In this document: positions 51,338-61,403 of the stretch, one piece after another | How the letters are laid out: the number at the start of each line of letters is the position of its first letter | Numbering within the stretch: the first letter of the stretch is position 1 | NCBI GenBank assembly: GCA_913047795.1 | Contig: CAJWTS010000006.1 | Span: 19,363 to 83,362, forward strand | From: an uncultured Verrucomicrobiota bacterium | GTDB lineage: Bacteria; Verrucomicrobiota; Kiritimatiellia; CAJWTS01 | DNA length: 64,000 nucleotides | Direction of reading: 5' to 3' | The notes under the pieces: model-generated | The model's input: the letters and a program-made list of their open reading frames with translations, nothing else | Database searches by the model: none | Told to the model about the DNA's origin: nothing | Made by a program: the position numbers and the translations under genes

Positions 51338-52195
51338 TTAGTGAGCACGGTCCGCATGCGGATTGTGATGCCGCGCGGGATCAATCTCGATGTCGGGCAG
51401 CGCGTCTAATTCGTCGTCAATTAGGCGCGGCAGAATGGGATCGGCGCCGAGGACGGTGAGATAGCGCTGCGCGTCAGCGCGCGCGCGCTGGGAATCGCCG
51501 AAACGGTGCTCGAGAATGACCGTCATGCGCATCGCCGCGCGCGAGTCGAGTTCGTCGTAGGTTGTCCAGCCGATGCGCGCCGCGTCCTCGTCTGACTCCG
51601 GCCGCTGCGCGCGAGCCAGCTCCGCCGCGGTGCGATAGGACTTGATTGCCAGGGCGCAATTCGCGCGTGCCCGCGGCGTGAGATCTTCCAGTGCCGTCCC
51701 GCGCTCGCGTTTCGCCGCATCGAGATATGACTTGGCGCGCATGAAGTGCAGCTGGAAGGCCTGCGGGCTGTGCGCCACGCCCTCGTCCAGAAAGTGAAGC
51801 GCGGTATCCGGCTGCATGCCCTGCAGGCGGAAAGCGCCCGCCGTGTAGCCCTTGATCGCGCGCGGATTGGCCCAGGTCATCAGGCGGAACCAGGGGATCA
51901 TCTGCAGGCCGTCGGCATGCTCGTGCGGTGCATCGGGATCGCGCCAGGTCTGGACCGTGCGATGCAAGTGACCCACAAAGCCGCGATAGTCGCGCGCGGC
52001 GTCGGGAATAACGCTGGCACAGCTCGCCATGCGATGCACGTCGGCGGGTGGCGTGTCCGCGTGAGGCCGGTAGACGATGCCGTGATCGAGATACTTCTCG
52101 CTTTGCAGAAACATCCAATCGCTGACGACCGCTTGCATGCCGCAGCCGGTGCACGCCAGGCACAAGGGCAAGAACAGGTACCACGCGCGGTTCAT
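51338..52195 (-). CDS. Hypothetical lipoprotein
   Basis: MNRAWYLFLPLCLACTGCG lipobox. ATG overlaps the stop of the upstream permease. Confidence 0.5.
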   Translation of the reverse strand: MNRAWYLFLPLCLACTGCGMQAVVSDWMFLQSEKYLDHGIVYRPHADTPPADVHRMASCASVIPDAARDYRGFVGHLHRTVQTWRDPDAPHEHADGLQMIPWFRLMTWANPRAIKGYTAGAFRLQGMQPDTALHFLDEGVAHSPQAFQLHFMRAKSYLDAAKRERGTALEDLTPRARANCALAIKSYRTAAELARAQRPESDEDAARIGWTTYDELDSRAAMRMTVILEHRFGDSQRARADAQRYLTVLGADPILPRLIDDELDALPDIEIDPARHHNPHADRAH

Positions 52196-52953
52196 ACCAT
52201 CGCCCTTCCCTGCTTGCGGCGCGCGACCCAGGCGGCGAGTCCCGTGTAAGCCGCGGAATAGACAAGGCCGTAGAGAGTGATCAGCAACAGCGGTATCGCG
52301 CCCACCATCGGCCAGTTTTCGGCGTGCACGGTGCGGTCGTGCAGATCAAAGACGATCAATTGTGGCAGCAGGTAATTCGCCACGAACAGCATGCCGCGTA
52401 CGGCGCCGCCGAGATAGGGATACATCACCAGCAGCACACCGACGGCGCCCAGTCCGACCGCGTAGTAGAGAGCGCCCACTACGATCGCGGCATCGAGATT
52501 CAGGATCGCCGAGAGAAGAAAAGAAACGGCGGTCAACGTAAGCATCATCAGCAATTGGAGATAAAGGAACTGTAAATACATCGGCCAGGGCACGAGCCCG
52601 TCGCGGCGTAAACCGGCCAATGTAAAGACAGCGGTTAGCACGACAAGAACACAGGCGGCGAAGAGCAGCACGCCCAGTGCTTTGCCGGCGAGCAAGGTGA
52701 CCCGCGCGGGGGTGCCGGACTTGAGCGTGGCGGGCAGCTGCCGGGCAGCGAGAACAACGACGCAAATCGCGGTGGCGAAGCTGATGATGCGCAGTCCGCC
52801 GTCGCGGTAAATGCGCACAACGCCGCCGAGCCCGAAGAAGTCGAGCGCAAGGGTGAAGACAATGAGAGCGGCGGCGGCGATGACGATGAGGAGGTTCTCT
52901 TTGCGACGAAGAGCGTCTTTCAGAACGGTAAGCGCGATGGAAGCGATCGTCAT
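52192..52953 (-). CDS. ABC-2-type permease-like polytopic membrane protein (no ATPase adjacent)
   Basis: Six hydrophobic segments. Start set at MTIASIALT. Confidence 0.5.
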   Translation of the reverse strand: MTIASIALTVLKDALRRKENLLIVIAAAALIVFTLALDFFGLGGVVRIYRDGGLRIISFATAICVVVLAARQLPATLKSGTPARVTLLAGKALGVLLFAACVLVVLTAVFTLAGLRRDGLVPWPMYLQFLYLQLLMMLTLTAVSFLLSAILNLDAAIVVGALYYAVGLGAVGVLLVMYPYLGGAVRGMLFVANYLLPQLIVFDLHDRTVHAENWPMVGAIPLLLITLYGLVYSAAYTGLAAWVARRKQGRAMV

Positions 52954-53054
52954 CGTTGGGGGGAGCCTAGAAGAGAAAGGGAAAAGGAAAAGCGGGAGAG
53001 AGTGTTTTGGTGTAGCGCCTAATGGGGATGGCGCGGGTGCGTGTCGCAATGCAT

Positions 53055-53672
53055 TTAGGGAGAGCCTTTGCGCCAGACGAGAATCCGATTATTGGCCGGC
53101 AGCGGGTGATCGGACTCAAAGACGAACCCGTTGGCCCTGGCGAGGCGGTTAAGATCGACGGTGTCGCGAATGCCCATCTCCGGATCGCGGGCGTGCAACT
53201 GTTGGTCGAAGGCGCGATTGCTGGCACTCGTATACTCGCCGTCGATATTGAACGGACCGTAAAGCGCCAGGGCTCCGCCTGCCGGGAGCTTGCGGCCCGC
53301 GCCAATGAACATGCATTCGACCGCGGGCCAGGACATGATGTGCGCCGTGTTGGCGCTGAAAATGGCATCAAGGTCCTGGACCGGCCATTTTTCCATGCAT
53401 ACGTCCAGTTCAAGCGGTGGTTCGACGTTGAGAATCGCGGCTTCCTCGAGCCATCGCCAGATGCCCGCGTGGTTCTCCGCGCGATCACTGGTCAGCCAGA
53501 CGATATGCGGCAGATGCCTGCCCATGTAGACCGCATGCTGGCCCGTGCCGCTACCGATTTCGAGGACCGTGAGCGGTTCGCGGTACAGCTCGCGCAAGAC
53601 GGTCAGGATCGGCTCCTGGTTTCGGTCGCAGGCGGGAGAATGCGGCTTATGGGAGGTACGGGGCACTGTCAT
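53055..53672 (-). CDS. Class I SAM-dependent methyltransferase (DUF938-like)
   Basis: LEIGSGTGQHAVYM glycine-rich SAM motif. Confidence 0.7.
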   Translation of the reverse strand: MTVPRTSHKPHSPACDRNQEPILTVLRELYREPLTVLEIGSGTGQHAVYMGRHLPHIVWLTSDRAENHAGIWRWLEEAAILNVEPPLELDVCMEKWPVQDLDAIFSANTAHIMSWPAVECMFIGAGRKLPAGGALALYGPFNIDGEYTSASNRAFDQQLHARDPEMGIRDTVDLNRLARANGFVFESDHPLPANNRILVWRKGSP

Positions 53673-53765
53673 CGGTCCGTATTCTGGTAGGGAGAAACAA
53701 AAAGGAAAAGGGAAAAGAGGAGCCGAACTTGATGGCAGGAGGATATCCGGCCAGAATAGGGCAGG

Positions 53766-54740
53766 ATGAAGGTCGGGACGAAAGGGCTTGTGATAGGGGG
53801 ATTGCTACTGGCGGCGCCGGCCTGGGCGTTCCTTGTGGAGGAGCATCTCGATTTCGGATCGGTGACGTACACCAATAGTGGCTACGGAAAGTGGGGTGCG
53901 AGCGAGCCGGATCCGTTGCCGGACACCGACATCGACGGCGTCGATTCCGACGGCGATGGCAACGCAAACTGGTGCCCGCGCGCTGACATCGCCTTTCCGC
54001 AGGACGCCGTCTCAAACGGCATCTTCACCGTTCCGGCCGGATTCATGCTGGATCATCGCTATGCCCCGACGCTGATCCCCTACAACTATCCGCTGCAAAT
54101 CGATATCAGCTCGCGCGGCAACCATTCCTTTTTCTTCTGGTTCGATCAACATGGGTCGATCGCCGGCGGCACCAACGACGCGGTGGGGACCGGCTGCATC
54201 ATCAGGTACCGGTTGACCGAGAGCAATGGCACCTACATCGTCGACTTCACGGGGTCCGAACAGCCCTCTACGCCATGGGGAAATTTTAATGCTCCCTTCC
54301 TCCAGTACACAAACGTTATGCCGGGTTCGAACGGCTTCATCGACGTCACGATCGCAATCGACCCGAGTCCCGATGGCCGGCTCCAGGCCAATCGCGCGAC
54401 AGGCACGCTGAGCGTCGAGGGTGTCTCGAGCAACGTGGCCATGACCGCCGCAGGGTACTGGAATAATAACGATACGGCGGATCATTTCCTGTCGATCCAT
54501 GACAGCGACGGCACGGCCGAGATCAAGTCCATCGATGTGATCATGGTCGAGCCGGGTGATGCGAACATGGACGGCGTGGTCGACCTCGCCGATACCGCGA
54601 TCGTGTGCTCGAACCTGCTACAGGGAGCGGGGTTCTCCTGGATCCATGGCGATTTTGATGGGGATGGCGTGGTGACAAGGGGAGACAAGAGGCTTGTGCC
54701 GAAAGGGCCGCCGAAGGGGCTGCTGCTGCAGGTCAGGTAG
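53766..54740 (+). CDS. Secreted protein with C-terminal dockerin-like Ca-binding repeat pair
   Basis: Signal peptide (LVIGGLLLAAPAWA). DANMDGVVDLADTAIV and DFDGDGVVTRGD near the C-terminus. Confidence 0.55.
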   Translation: MKVGTKGLVIGGLLLAAPAWAFLVEEHLDFGSVTYTNSGYGKWGASEPDPLPDTDIDGVDSDGDGNANWCPRADIAFPQDAVSNGIFTVPAGFMLDHRYAPTLIPYNYPLQIDISSRGNHSFFFWFDQHGSIAGGTNDAVGTGCIIRYRLTESNGTYIVDFTGSEQPSTPWGNFNAPFLQYTNVMPGSNGFIDVTIAIDPSPDGRLQANRATGTLSVEGVSSNVAMTAAGYWNNNDTADHFLSIHDSDGTAEIKSIDVIMVEPGDANMDGVVDLADTAIVCSNLLQGAGFSWIHGDFDGDGVVTRGDKRLVPKGPPKGLLLQVR

Positions 54741-54816
54741 GCGATCGGGCGATTTCGAATGTAGCTGCGCGTGCCAACGCGTGAAGAGGAAACGCACGCG
54801 GGCTTCGCGGAGCGAA

Positions 54817-55599
54817 TCAGGAGGAAGTCTCTTCTGTCTGTACCCGGGCGTCTTGTTCCTGCCTGAGGCGACCCTGTTCGGCGACGGCAACGGCGTGGGC
54901 GTTTTCGCCCGGCGCATCCCGGCGGCGGGTGTCGAACTCTTCGAGGGTGGTGCCCGGTCCGTAAAGGATGACGCGGTCGCCGGGTTCGATGCGGGTTGCG
55001 CCGTTCGGCGCACCCACGTAGGTGCTGTCGGCATGACGCAGGCCGATCATGATGACCCCTTCGTCGTTCAGCGAAAGCTCTTCCAGGCTACGACCGCACA
55101 TCCATGTGTGGGGTTTCACCGCGAACTCCAGGATGCGATGATCGTCTCCGAGATGAAGCAAGGTTGCGTAATCGCGCACATCAATGTCGGTCCAGCGCTC
55201 CAGCGCGCGGCTGATCCAATGCGACATCCAGCGGTCGATCAGCTTGCTGGAGGCAATGAACCACAGGCTGATCAGTCCGCCGGCGAGCAGGAACAGGGAA
55301 AAGAATGGTGATATACCGCCGGCGCCAAGACCCAGAAAGGTGACGACCAGAGACGCGATCACGGTTACGATCCCGGCGTTGCCGCAGAGCATCAGCCACA
55401 TCATGATTTGGCGCCGAACCGGATGCCCCACAATGCTTTCTGATTCGCTGGTCGTGAACCCCACGCCGCTGTACGCCGATCGCGCCTGGAACCGCGCCGA
55501 TTCGCGCGAGAGACCCGTGTGCACCAGCGCGACCGTGGCGATACGCGTCACGATCCCTGAGAGCATCACGATGATGAGGAGTGTGAGGATGGCTAACAT
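54817..55599 (-). CDS. Two-TM membrane protein with C-terminal TrkA-C (RCK_C) domain
   Basis: MLAILTLLIIVMLSGIV... then LHLGDDHRILEFAVKPHTWMCGRSLEELSL...GDRVILYGP. Long N-terminal ORF extension rejected. Confidence 0.5.
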   Translation of the reverse strand: MLAILTLLIIVMLSGIVTRIATVALVHTGLSRESARFQARSAYSGVGFTTSESESIVGHPVRRQIMMWLMLCGNAGIVTVIASLVVTFLGLGAGGISPFFSLFLLAGGLISLWFIASSKLIDRWMSHWISRALERWTDIDVRDYATLLHLGDDHRILEFAVKPHTWMCGRSLEELSLNDEGVIMIGLRHADSTYVGAPNGATRIEPGDRVILYGPGTTLEEFDTRRRDAPGENAHAVAVAEQGRLRQEQDARVQTEETSS

Positions 55600-55852
55600 T
55601 TCGATTCCGCCTCGGGCACACAGGAACGTCGCACAGTTAGCGCAGGAAGCGGAGCTTTGAATGGGACCCTGGGCGGGGAGCGCCGGAAAGGGAAACCGGA
55701 TTGCGGAACGAGACGAACAGGGATAGGGTAATGACATCGGGGAAACGAAGGGGTGCCGGCGCGCGGCGCCGGGGACCATGCGGGGACGGCGAACAGGCTG
55801 TTCAGGGAACCGAAAATAGGAATGTGCCGCGTAGAAGCAGGAATGCCTCATC

Positions 55853-56236
55853 ATGCAACGGCTACAACTTAAATCAAAAATACACCGCGCGATCATCACG
55901 CAGGCGGATGTGAACTACGAGGGCAGCATCGAGATCCCGACGGACTTGATGCGGGCCGCGGACCTGTGGGCGCGCGAGAAGGTCCTGGTCGCATCCGTCA
56001 CGACCGGCGCGCGACTGGAGACGTATGTGCAGGCCGGCGCCGAGGGGACCGGCAACATCGTCATGAACGGGGGCGCCGCACACCTGATCGGACAAGGCGA
56101 GCGTATTACGATCATGGCCTTCTCCTGGTCCGATCAGCCGGTGCCCGCGCGAATCGTGCTCTGCGACGACAGTAACGCCATCGTGCGCGAAGAACTTGCG
56201 GAGACGGGGCAGGACCCCGAAACCAGTCACGGATAA
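55853..56236 (+). CDS. panD: Aspartate 1-decarboxylase
   Basis: KSKIHRAIITQADVNYEGSIEI...NGGAAHL. Confidence 0.9.
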   Translation: MQRLQLKSKIHRAIITQADVNYEGSIEIPTDLMRAADLWAREKVLVASVTTGARLETYVQAGAEGTGNIVMNGGAAHLIGQGERITIMAFSWSDQPVPARIVLCDDSNAIVREELAETGQDPETSHG

Positions 56237-56301
56237 GGGCGCGGTAAAATTCCGCGAATTTCACGGGCCGGCGAAGCCGAGCCGCCACGAAAGATGGAGC
56301 C

Positions 56302-57417
56302 ATGGAAACCCCCAAGACCCAGCCACGATTCCGCAAAGACGGGAAAGTCAACTGGTACCGCTGTCGGATCGACAAGGACCTGCTTGCCGAGTTGAAGCGG
56401 ACAAGTGACTGGCACGGGTACAGCCAGGCGCTGGGGCATCTCGGCATGTGGTTCGCGACCGGCTGCCTGTCCTATCTGGCCTTCCGGAACGTCACGGCCG
56501 CGACGGCGTACTGGTCGGTGCCCTTGCTGCTGGCCGCGCTGTTCGCGCACGGAACGGTCGGCGCCTTCATGGGCGGATCGCCCTGCCACGAGTTGAGCCA
56601 CAAGACACCGTTCAAGAACAAGAAGGCAAACGAGTTTTTCTTCAAGGTGTTCGCGTTCTTCGGCTGGTTCGACCGTGTCGGATATCGACCCAGCCATATC
56701 CGGCATCACCAGCTCACGGTCTATCACGACTACGACGGCGAAGTCGTGCTTCCCCTGCACATGTCGTTCAAGGGCTGGAAGTTTTGGTTGGGCATGCTGG
56801 CCTGGAACCCGATGACGACCTGGTATACGTTCAAGACGTTCTACCGGAGGGCCACGGGCCGCGTCGAGGGCGAGTGGGTGGAGTTCCTGTTTCCCGAGAA
56901 CAACGAATTGGCGCGCCGCAAATTCCGCAACTGGCACGCGTTCGTCCTTGTCGGTCACGCGGCCCTGGCAGCGGTCTTCATCGCCACCGGACACTGGTTC
57001 CTGGTGATGCTCTTCAGCATCGGTAGCCACTGTTGTCATTGGCTCACCTTCCTGACCGGGGTGCCGCAGCATATCGGACTCAAGCCGGATGTTCCCGATC
57101 ACCGGCTCTGCTGTCGTACGTTCACCTGCGGCTGGCTGCCCGGATTTCTGTACTGGAACATGCAGTACCATGCGGATCACCACATGTTTCCCGCCGTTCC
57201 GTTTTTCAACCTTCCGAAGTTGCACGCGGCGATCAGGCACGACATGCCACCGGTGCCGCACGGGTTGCGCGCGACCTGGAAAGAGATCCGTGCCATTGTG
57301 AAGCGCCAGCAGGAGGACCCGGGCTATTACTACGTGCCGCCGCTGCCGGGCGAATCGGAAGGCACCCACGCCGGTGACGAAGTACTCGAACGTGAAGCGG
57401 CATTGACGGGCGCTTGA
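56302..57417 (+). CDS. Membrane fatty-acid desaturase family protein
   Basis: Three His boxes: HELSH, HIRHH, HADHH. Confidence 0.8.
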   Translation: METPKTQPRFRKDGKVNWYRCRIDKDLLAELKRTSDWHGYSQALGHLGMWFATGCLSYLAFRNVTAATAYWSVPLLLAALFAHGTVGAFMGGSPCHELSHKTPFKNKKANEFFFKVFAFFGWFDRVGYRPSHIRHHQLTVYHDYDGEVVLPLHMSFKGWKFWLGMLAWNPMTTWYTFKTFYRRATGRVEGEWVEFLFPENNELARRKFRNWHAFVLVGHAALAAVFIATGHWFLVMLFSIGSHCCHWLTFLTGVPQHIGLKPDVPDHRLCCRTFTCGWLPGFLYWNMQYHADHHMFPAVPFFNLPKLHAAIRHDMPPVPHGLRATWKEIRAIVKRQQEDPGYYYVPPLPGESEGTHAGDEVLEREAALTGA

Positions 57418-57420
57418 GCC

Positions 57421-57672
57421 ATGCGACAGAAGATATCGTGGACAGGACGGGAAGCGGATGGGGTCAAGCGCGAGGTGCGCGTGGAGATCACGGCCGGCAG
57501 CATGAAGTGGCAGTTCAAGCGTAAGGACCAGCCGGCCTGGGACTACGACTCGCCACCGTGCCGGGACGACTGGGACGAACTGGAGGAGATCCTCATCCGT
57601 CGCGCGGGCCACGGTCGGTCCTTGAGCCTGAAGGAAGCCGTGCGGAAGCACCGGCAGCGGGCCCGTGTCTGA
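57421..57672 (+). CDS. Small hypothetical protein (83 aa)
   Basis: ORF overlaps the downstream methyltransferase start by 8 nt. No family assigned. Confidence 0.35.
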   Translation: MRQKISWTGREADGVKREVRVEITAGSMKWQFKRKDQPAWDYDSPPCRDDWDELEEILIRRAGHGRSLSLKEAVRKHRQRARV

Positions 57673-58783
57673 GCCGCTTGAATTCCACGCGTCCTGCATC
57701 CCCGGCGCCGAACGGGTGCTGCGTGACGAACTGAGCGAGTTGGGCTTTCGCAGTGCGCGTCTCAACCGTGGCGGCATTCCCTTCCGTGGACCGCGCGAGG
57801 AGGGCTGGCGCGCCTGCCTGACCAGTCGCATCGCCCAGCGCATTCAGCTCGTCGTGAGTCGCTTCCCGGCCCCGACCGAAGACGCGCTCTACGGCGGCGT
57901 GAACGCGATTCCCTGGGAGCAGTACCTCGGGCCGTCGCAGACCCTCGCCGTGCGCGCGGTCAGCCAGGGCAGCGCGCTGCGGCATACGGGCTTTGTGGCG
58001 CTCAAGGCCAAGGACGCCATCGTCGATCGCGTGCGAGACAGGGCCGGGCGACGGCCCTCGGTATCGAAAGACGACCCGGACCTGAAGGTGTTTGTCTACC
58101 TCGCCGGGGACAAGGCGACCCTCTATCTCGATCTCGCGGGCGAGCCCCTGCACCGTCGCGGCTATCGCCTGGCGACCGGCGAAGCGCCGCTGCGCGAGAC
58201 GCTCGCCGCCGCGATCCTGCGCCTATCGGGATGGGACCGCAAGACGCCGCTGATCGACCCGATGTGCGGCTCGGGAACCATCGCGATCGAGGCGGCGCAA
58301 TGGGCGGCCGGCCTGGCGCCGGGTCTGTCGCGCGAGCGTTTCGGCTTCGAGCGTTGGGCGGACTTCGGCGATGGGGACGCGGAGCGCCTGCGCGCCTTGC
58401 GCGGGGAACTGCGCGGTGCGGCCGGCCAGGCGGGGCGCATCAGCGGCGCGGACATCGCCGCCGATGCGATCGAAGCCGCGCGCAGCAACGCGCGTAGTGC
58501 GGGCGTACGCCTTTCGCTCAAAGAGCGCTCCGTTCTGGAGTTGCAGAGCGATGGCAGCCGCAACTGGCTGGTGAGTAATCCCCCTTACGGCCAACGCCTC
58601 GATGCCAGCCCCGACTTCCTGCACGCCTTCACCGCCAAGGTTCAGAGCCTGCACGGCTGGCAGGTCTGCCTCCTGGCCGGAACACCCGAGTACGAGCGGC
58701 GCATTTCTATTCACCCCGCTGCGCGGTACTCGCTCAAGAATGGCGACATCGATTGCGACTTGCTGATCTATGATGTGCCCTGA
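57665..58783 (+). CDS. THUMP-domain class I SAM-dependent RNA (m2G/m6A-type) methyltransferase, RlmL/UPF0020-like
   Basis: IDPMCGSGTIAIEAA...NPPYGQRL. Confidence 0.85.
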   Translation: MSEPLEFHASCIPGAERVLRDELSELGFRSARLNRGGIPFRGPREEGWRACLTSRIAQRIQLVVSRFPAPTEDALYGGVNAIPWEQYLGPSQTLAVRAVSQGSALRHTGFVALKAKDAIVDRVRDRAGRRPSVSKDDPDLKVFVYLAGDKATLYLDLAGEPLHRRGYRLATGEAPLRETLAAAILRLSGWDRKTPLIDPMCGSGTIAIEAAQWAAGLAPGLSRERFGFERWADFGDGDAERLRALRGELRGAAGQAGRISGADIAADAIEAARSNARSAGVRLSLKERSVLELQSDGSRNWLVSNPPYGQRLDASPDFLHAFTAKVQSLHGWQVCLLAGTPEYERRISIHPAARYSLKNGDIDCDLLIYDVP

Positions 58784-59327
58784 TCTGCCCGCGTACCCGG
58801 CCGCGAGCCGCGCGATCAGCTCGCATCGCCGCCTTCGCTTTTCCTTCCGCTCGATCTCGCAAACCAATGACTCCCCAGGCGTCCGGAAGAAGGGGCAGTG
58901 TCGAATGGCGCTAAGATAAGCACGGGTTCGGACAACTAAATGGGACGCGCGCCACGTGTGTGAGTGCGTGGGTTTGGGAACCGGAGAATGCTTTGATACA
59001 AGGTCCTTTTCCGGTCTTTCCCACATGCCGAATGGCACGGCCGAGGGATTCATTCTGTCCCAAACGCCCTTAACTCAGTGCCATTCGGGTCATTGTCCAA
59101 AATCGTAAAGTACGGATGCGGGCCTTCGCGTTTCTTCGCGAGACGTTGAAAGATTTGGACACGGACCCCTTGTCTTGCGCACAAGACGGATCCAAACCGT
59201 GCGATGACCTAAGGAACTCAAAGAAGAGGCGAGATCTATGCGCTCTTTCGTGGTCAATCCTTCTACCGCTCACCCACAATAACTCCGCCCCTATTCACCG
59301 GATCCAAACTGTTCGGGAACTGAAGCC

Positions 59328-61403
59328 TCACCCCCCATATCGGAATTCCGCGCGGCTCACGCCGCTGACGCCTGCCGCCGGCGTGTGCCGCTGCGCCCGT
59401 AGCAGCCACTTGCAGACCCAGTGATTCGGCGTTCCGTAGGGCGAGTCGGGCCCCTCGGGCGGCACGTGGCCGCCCTGGCTGACCCGGATCAGGACCTGGT
59501 GCCGGCCCTTCGCAAGCCGAATCTTATCGGTCATCAATCGCCCCTCGCCGAAGGCGTGTTCCGCTCGTCCCGCGATCTGCCTACCGTCGATCCACACGAA
59601 CCCGGCGTCGTCCAGTGTCAGCAGCGATAGGTACTGTCCCGCCTGCTCGACCGCGACCTCGGTGTACAGGAAGATCTCCTTGTTGATCGAATTCCCGTAG
59701 GCTTTTTCAAAATCGAAGCGGCGGTAGCGATCAAATCCGCGCGCCGGATACGGCGACCAACCCTCTGCCAGATCGCCGGCCGTAAGGCGGGTTCTCGCCA
59801 TCAGCGTCTTGCAGCGTTCGTCGCTCATGGCCAGCGGACCGGTTGTCAGCCAATCGAACGGCACGCTGATCAAGGTCTGGCCGACCGCCTCTATCTTGTT
59901 CCCGGCTTTGAAGACTATCTTCAGCGCCGCCTCGATGCCGTGCACGGACTCGGGAACACGGATTCGGATCGGTGCATGACCCAGCGCAGCGTTCTCCTCG
60001 AAGGCGAGCGGAATCTCGTCAGGCCCCAGCAGCTCGAACGGCTGATCGATGCTGCCGCGCAGTCGTCCGTTGCGCAGGTCCGGCCGGTTACGGCGCACCC
60101 AGGCGACCGCCGATTGCGTCGAGCCGGGAAGCTGGGTCTGCATCTCGGTCGTGATGCTGATACTGCTCGGAACGGAGGCATCGAACAGTGCGTTGGGCGG
60201 GGGAAGGTTGGTCGGGTCGAAGATCTCGCCGGCCGGCAGAACGGCGTACTTATCCAGCGAGGCACCGTCCTCGATGGCGGTGACAGTCAGCAGGTGGCGT
60301 CCGGCCTTGAGCCGTTGTCGGGCATGCGCTTGTTTCCAGTGCCAGATCCGGTAGCGGTCCCTCGCGTCGTGTGCATGCTGGTTGGCGAAGCCGATCCGCT
60401 CGCCGTCGAGCTGGAGTCCCGTCGAATTGCCGCACTTGTTCTCGAACCAGCCTCGTACCCAGACCTGGTACTCGCCCGTCGTCTCGATCGCGAACGGCAA
60501 CGACCCGGCCCCGATGTCGACCGAACTCGAATCGCCGAGCCTCCATGCCGACCTCCCGCCGGCGCCTTCGCCCAGGTAGAGGCACCGTTCACCGTCGTGT
60601 GTCTCGACCTGGTAATTCGGCCGCAGCGAATAGGCCGTTTCGGCCTCGATCGTCATGCGGTCGATCGCTTTCGGCGGGAGGGGTGCCGGGGCCGGGGCGT
60701 CGATGATCCAGTCACTCGTCGCGTAGCCCCGCATCACTCCGTCGATGGCGGACAACGCGTTCACGACAAAGACACTCAGCGCGCTGATGTCTCCGTTCAA
60801 AGGCTCGATCAGCGCATCCCTGTGCGGTTGCAGGAGCTCCGCGTACTTGTGGATCGCCTGCATGGCCGCGAGTTCCCCTGGGTCCGCATCCGGAAGGATC
60901 GACAGGATCCATTCGACGAGTTTGGGATCTTTGCGTTCTGCCCGTCGATCTATCACGCGACTTAGAAGGAGCAGTTGATCGCGCCGAAACGCCTGATCCT
61001 CGATCGCCGTCACGGCAGCGACCAGCAGTGGATCGGTGACCGTTCCACCTGCAAGAAGATCGCTCAATGCACGTCCTTTCACGGACGGATCCTCATCCTC
61101 CGCCAGCCGTACCAGGTCGTCGCGGAACGCGGCTCCCAGCTCCGGCATGCGGCTCAGCGCCTCGATCGCGGCGTATCGCACCTGCGCAACCGGGTCGGCC
61201 AGCAATCGCCTCAGCATCCACCGCGCCCGCGGAATCGATTTCATGTATACCGACCGGCATGCCACCACCCGCTGCTCCACATTGCCCGTCATCACCGCCC
61301 ACTCCGGCGTCTGCCTGATCTTGTAGACACCCGCCACGACGGCGAGCATCACGACCCCCGTCAATATTGAACCTCTGTATTTTCCGCGCATCGCAGCCCG
61401 CAT
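59328..61403 (-). CDS. Membrane-anchored HEAT-repeat protein with C-terminal beta-sandwich domains, function unknown
   Basis: N-terminal TM (ILTGVVMLAVVAGV). VRYAAIEALSRMPEL-type HEAT helices. 691 aa. Confidence 0.55.
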   Translation of the reverse strand: MRAAMRGKYRGSILTGVVMLAVVAGVYKIRQTPEWAVMTGNVEQRVVACRSVYMKSIPRARWMLRRLLADPVAQVRYAAIEALSRMPELGAAFRDDLVRLAEDEDPSVKGRALSDLLAGGTVTDPLLVAAVTAIEDQAFRRDQLLLLSRVIDRRAERKDPKLVEWILSILPDADPGELAAMQAIHKYAELLQPHRDALIEPLNGDISALSVFVVNALSAIDGVMRGYATSDWIIDAPAPAPLPPKAIDRMTIEAETAYSLRPNYQVETHDGERCLYLGEGAGGRSAWRLGDSSSVDIGAGSLPFAIETTGEYQVWVRGWFENKCGNSTGLQLDGERIGFANQHAHDARDRYRIWHWKQAHARQRLKAGRHLLTVTAIEDGASLDKYAVLPAGEIFDPTNLPPPNALFDASVPSSISITTEMQTQLPGSTQSAVAWVRRNRPDLRNGRLRGSIDQPFELLGPDEIPLAFEENAALGHAPIRIRVPESVHGIEAALKIVFKAGNKIEAVGQTLISVPFDWLTTGPLAMSDERCKTLMARTRLTAGDLAEGWSPYPARGFDRYRRFDFEKAYGNSINKEIFLYTEVAVEQAGQYLSLLTLDDAGFVWIDGRQIAGRAEHAFGEGRLMTDKIRLAKGRHQVLIRVSQGGHVPPEGPDSPYGTPNHWVCKWLLRAQRHTPAAGVSGVSRAEFRYGG

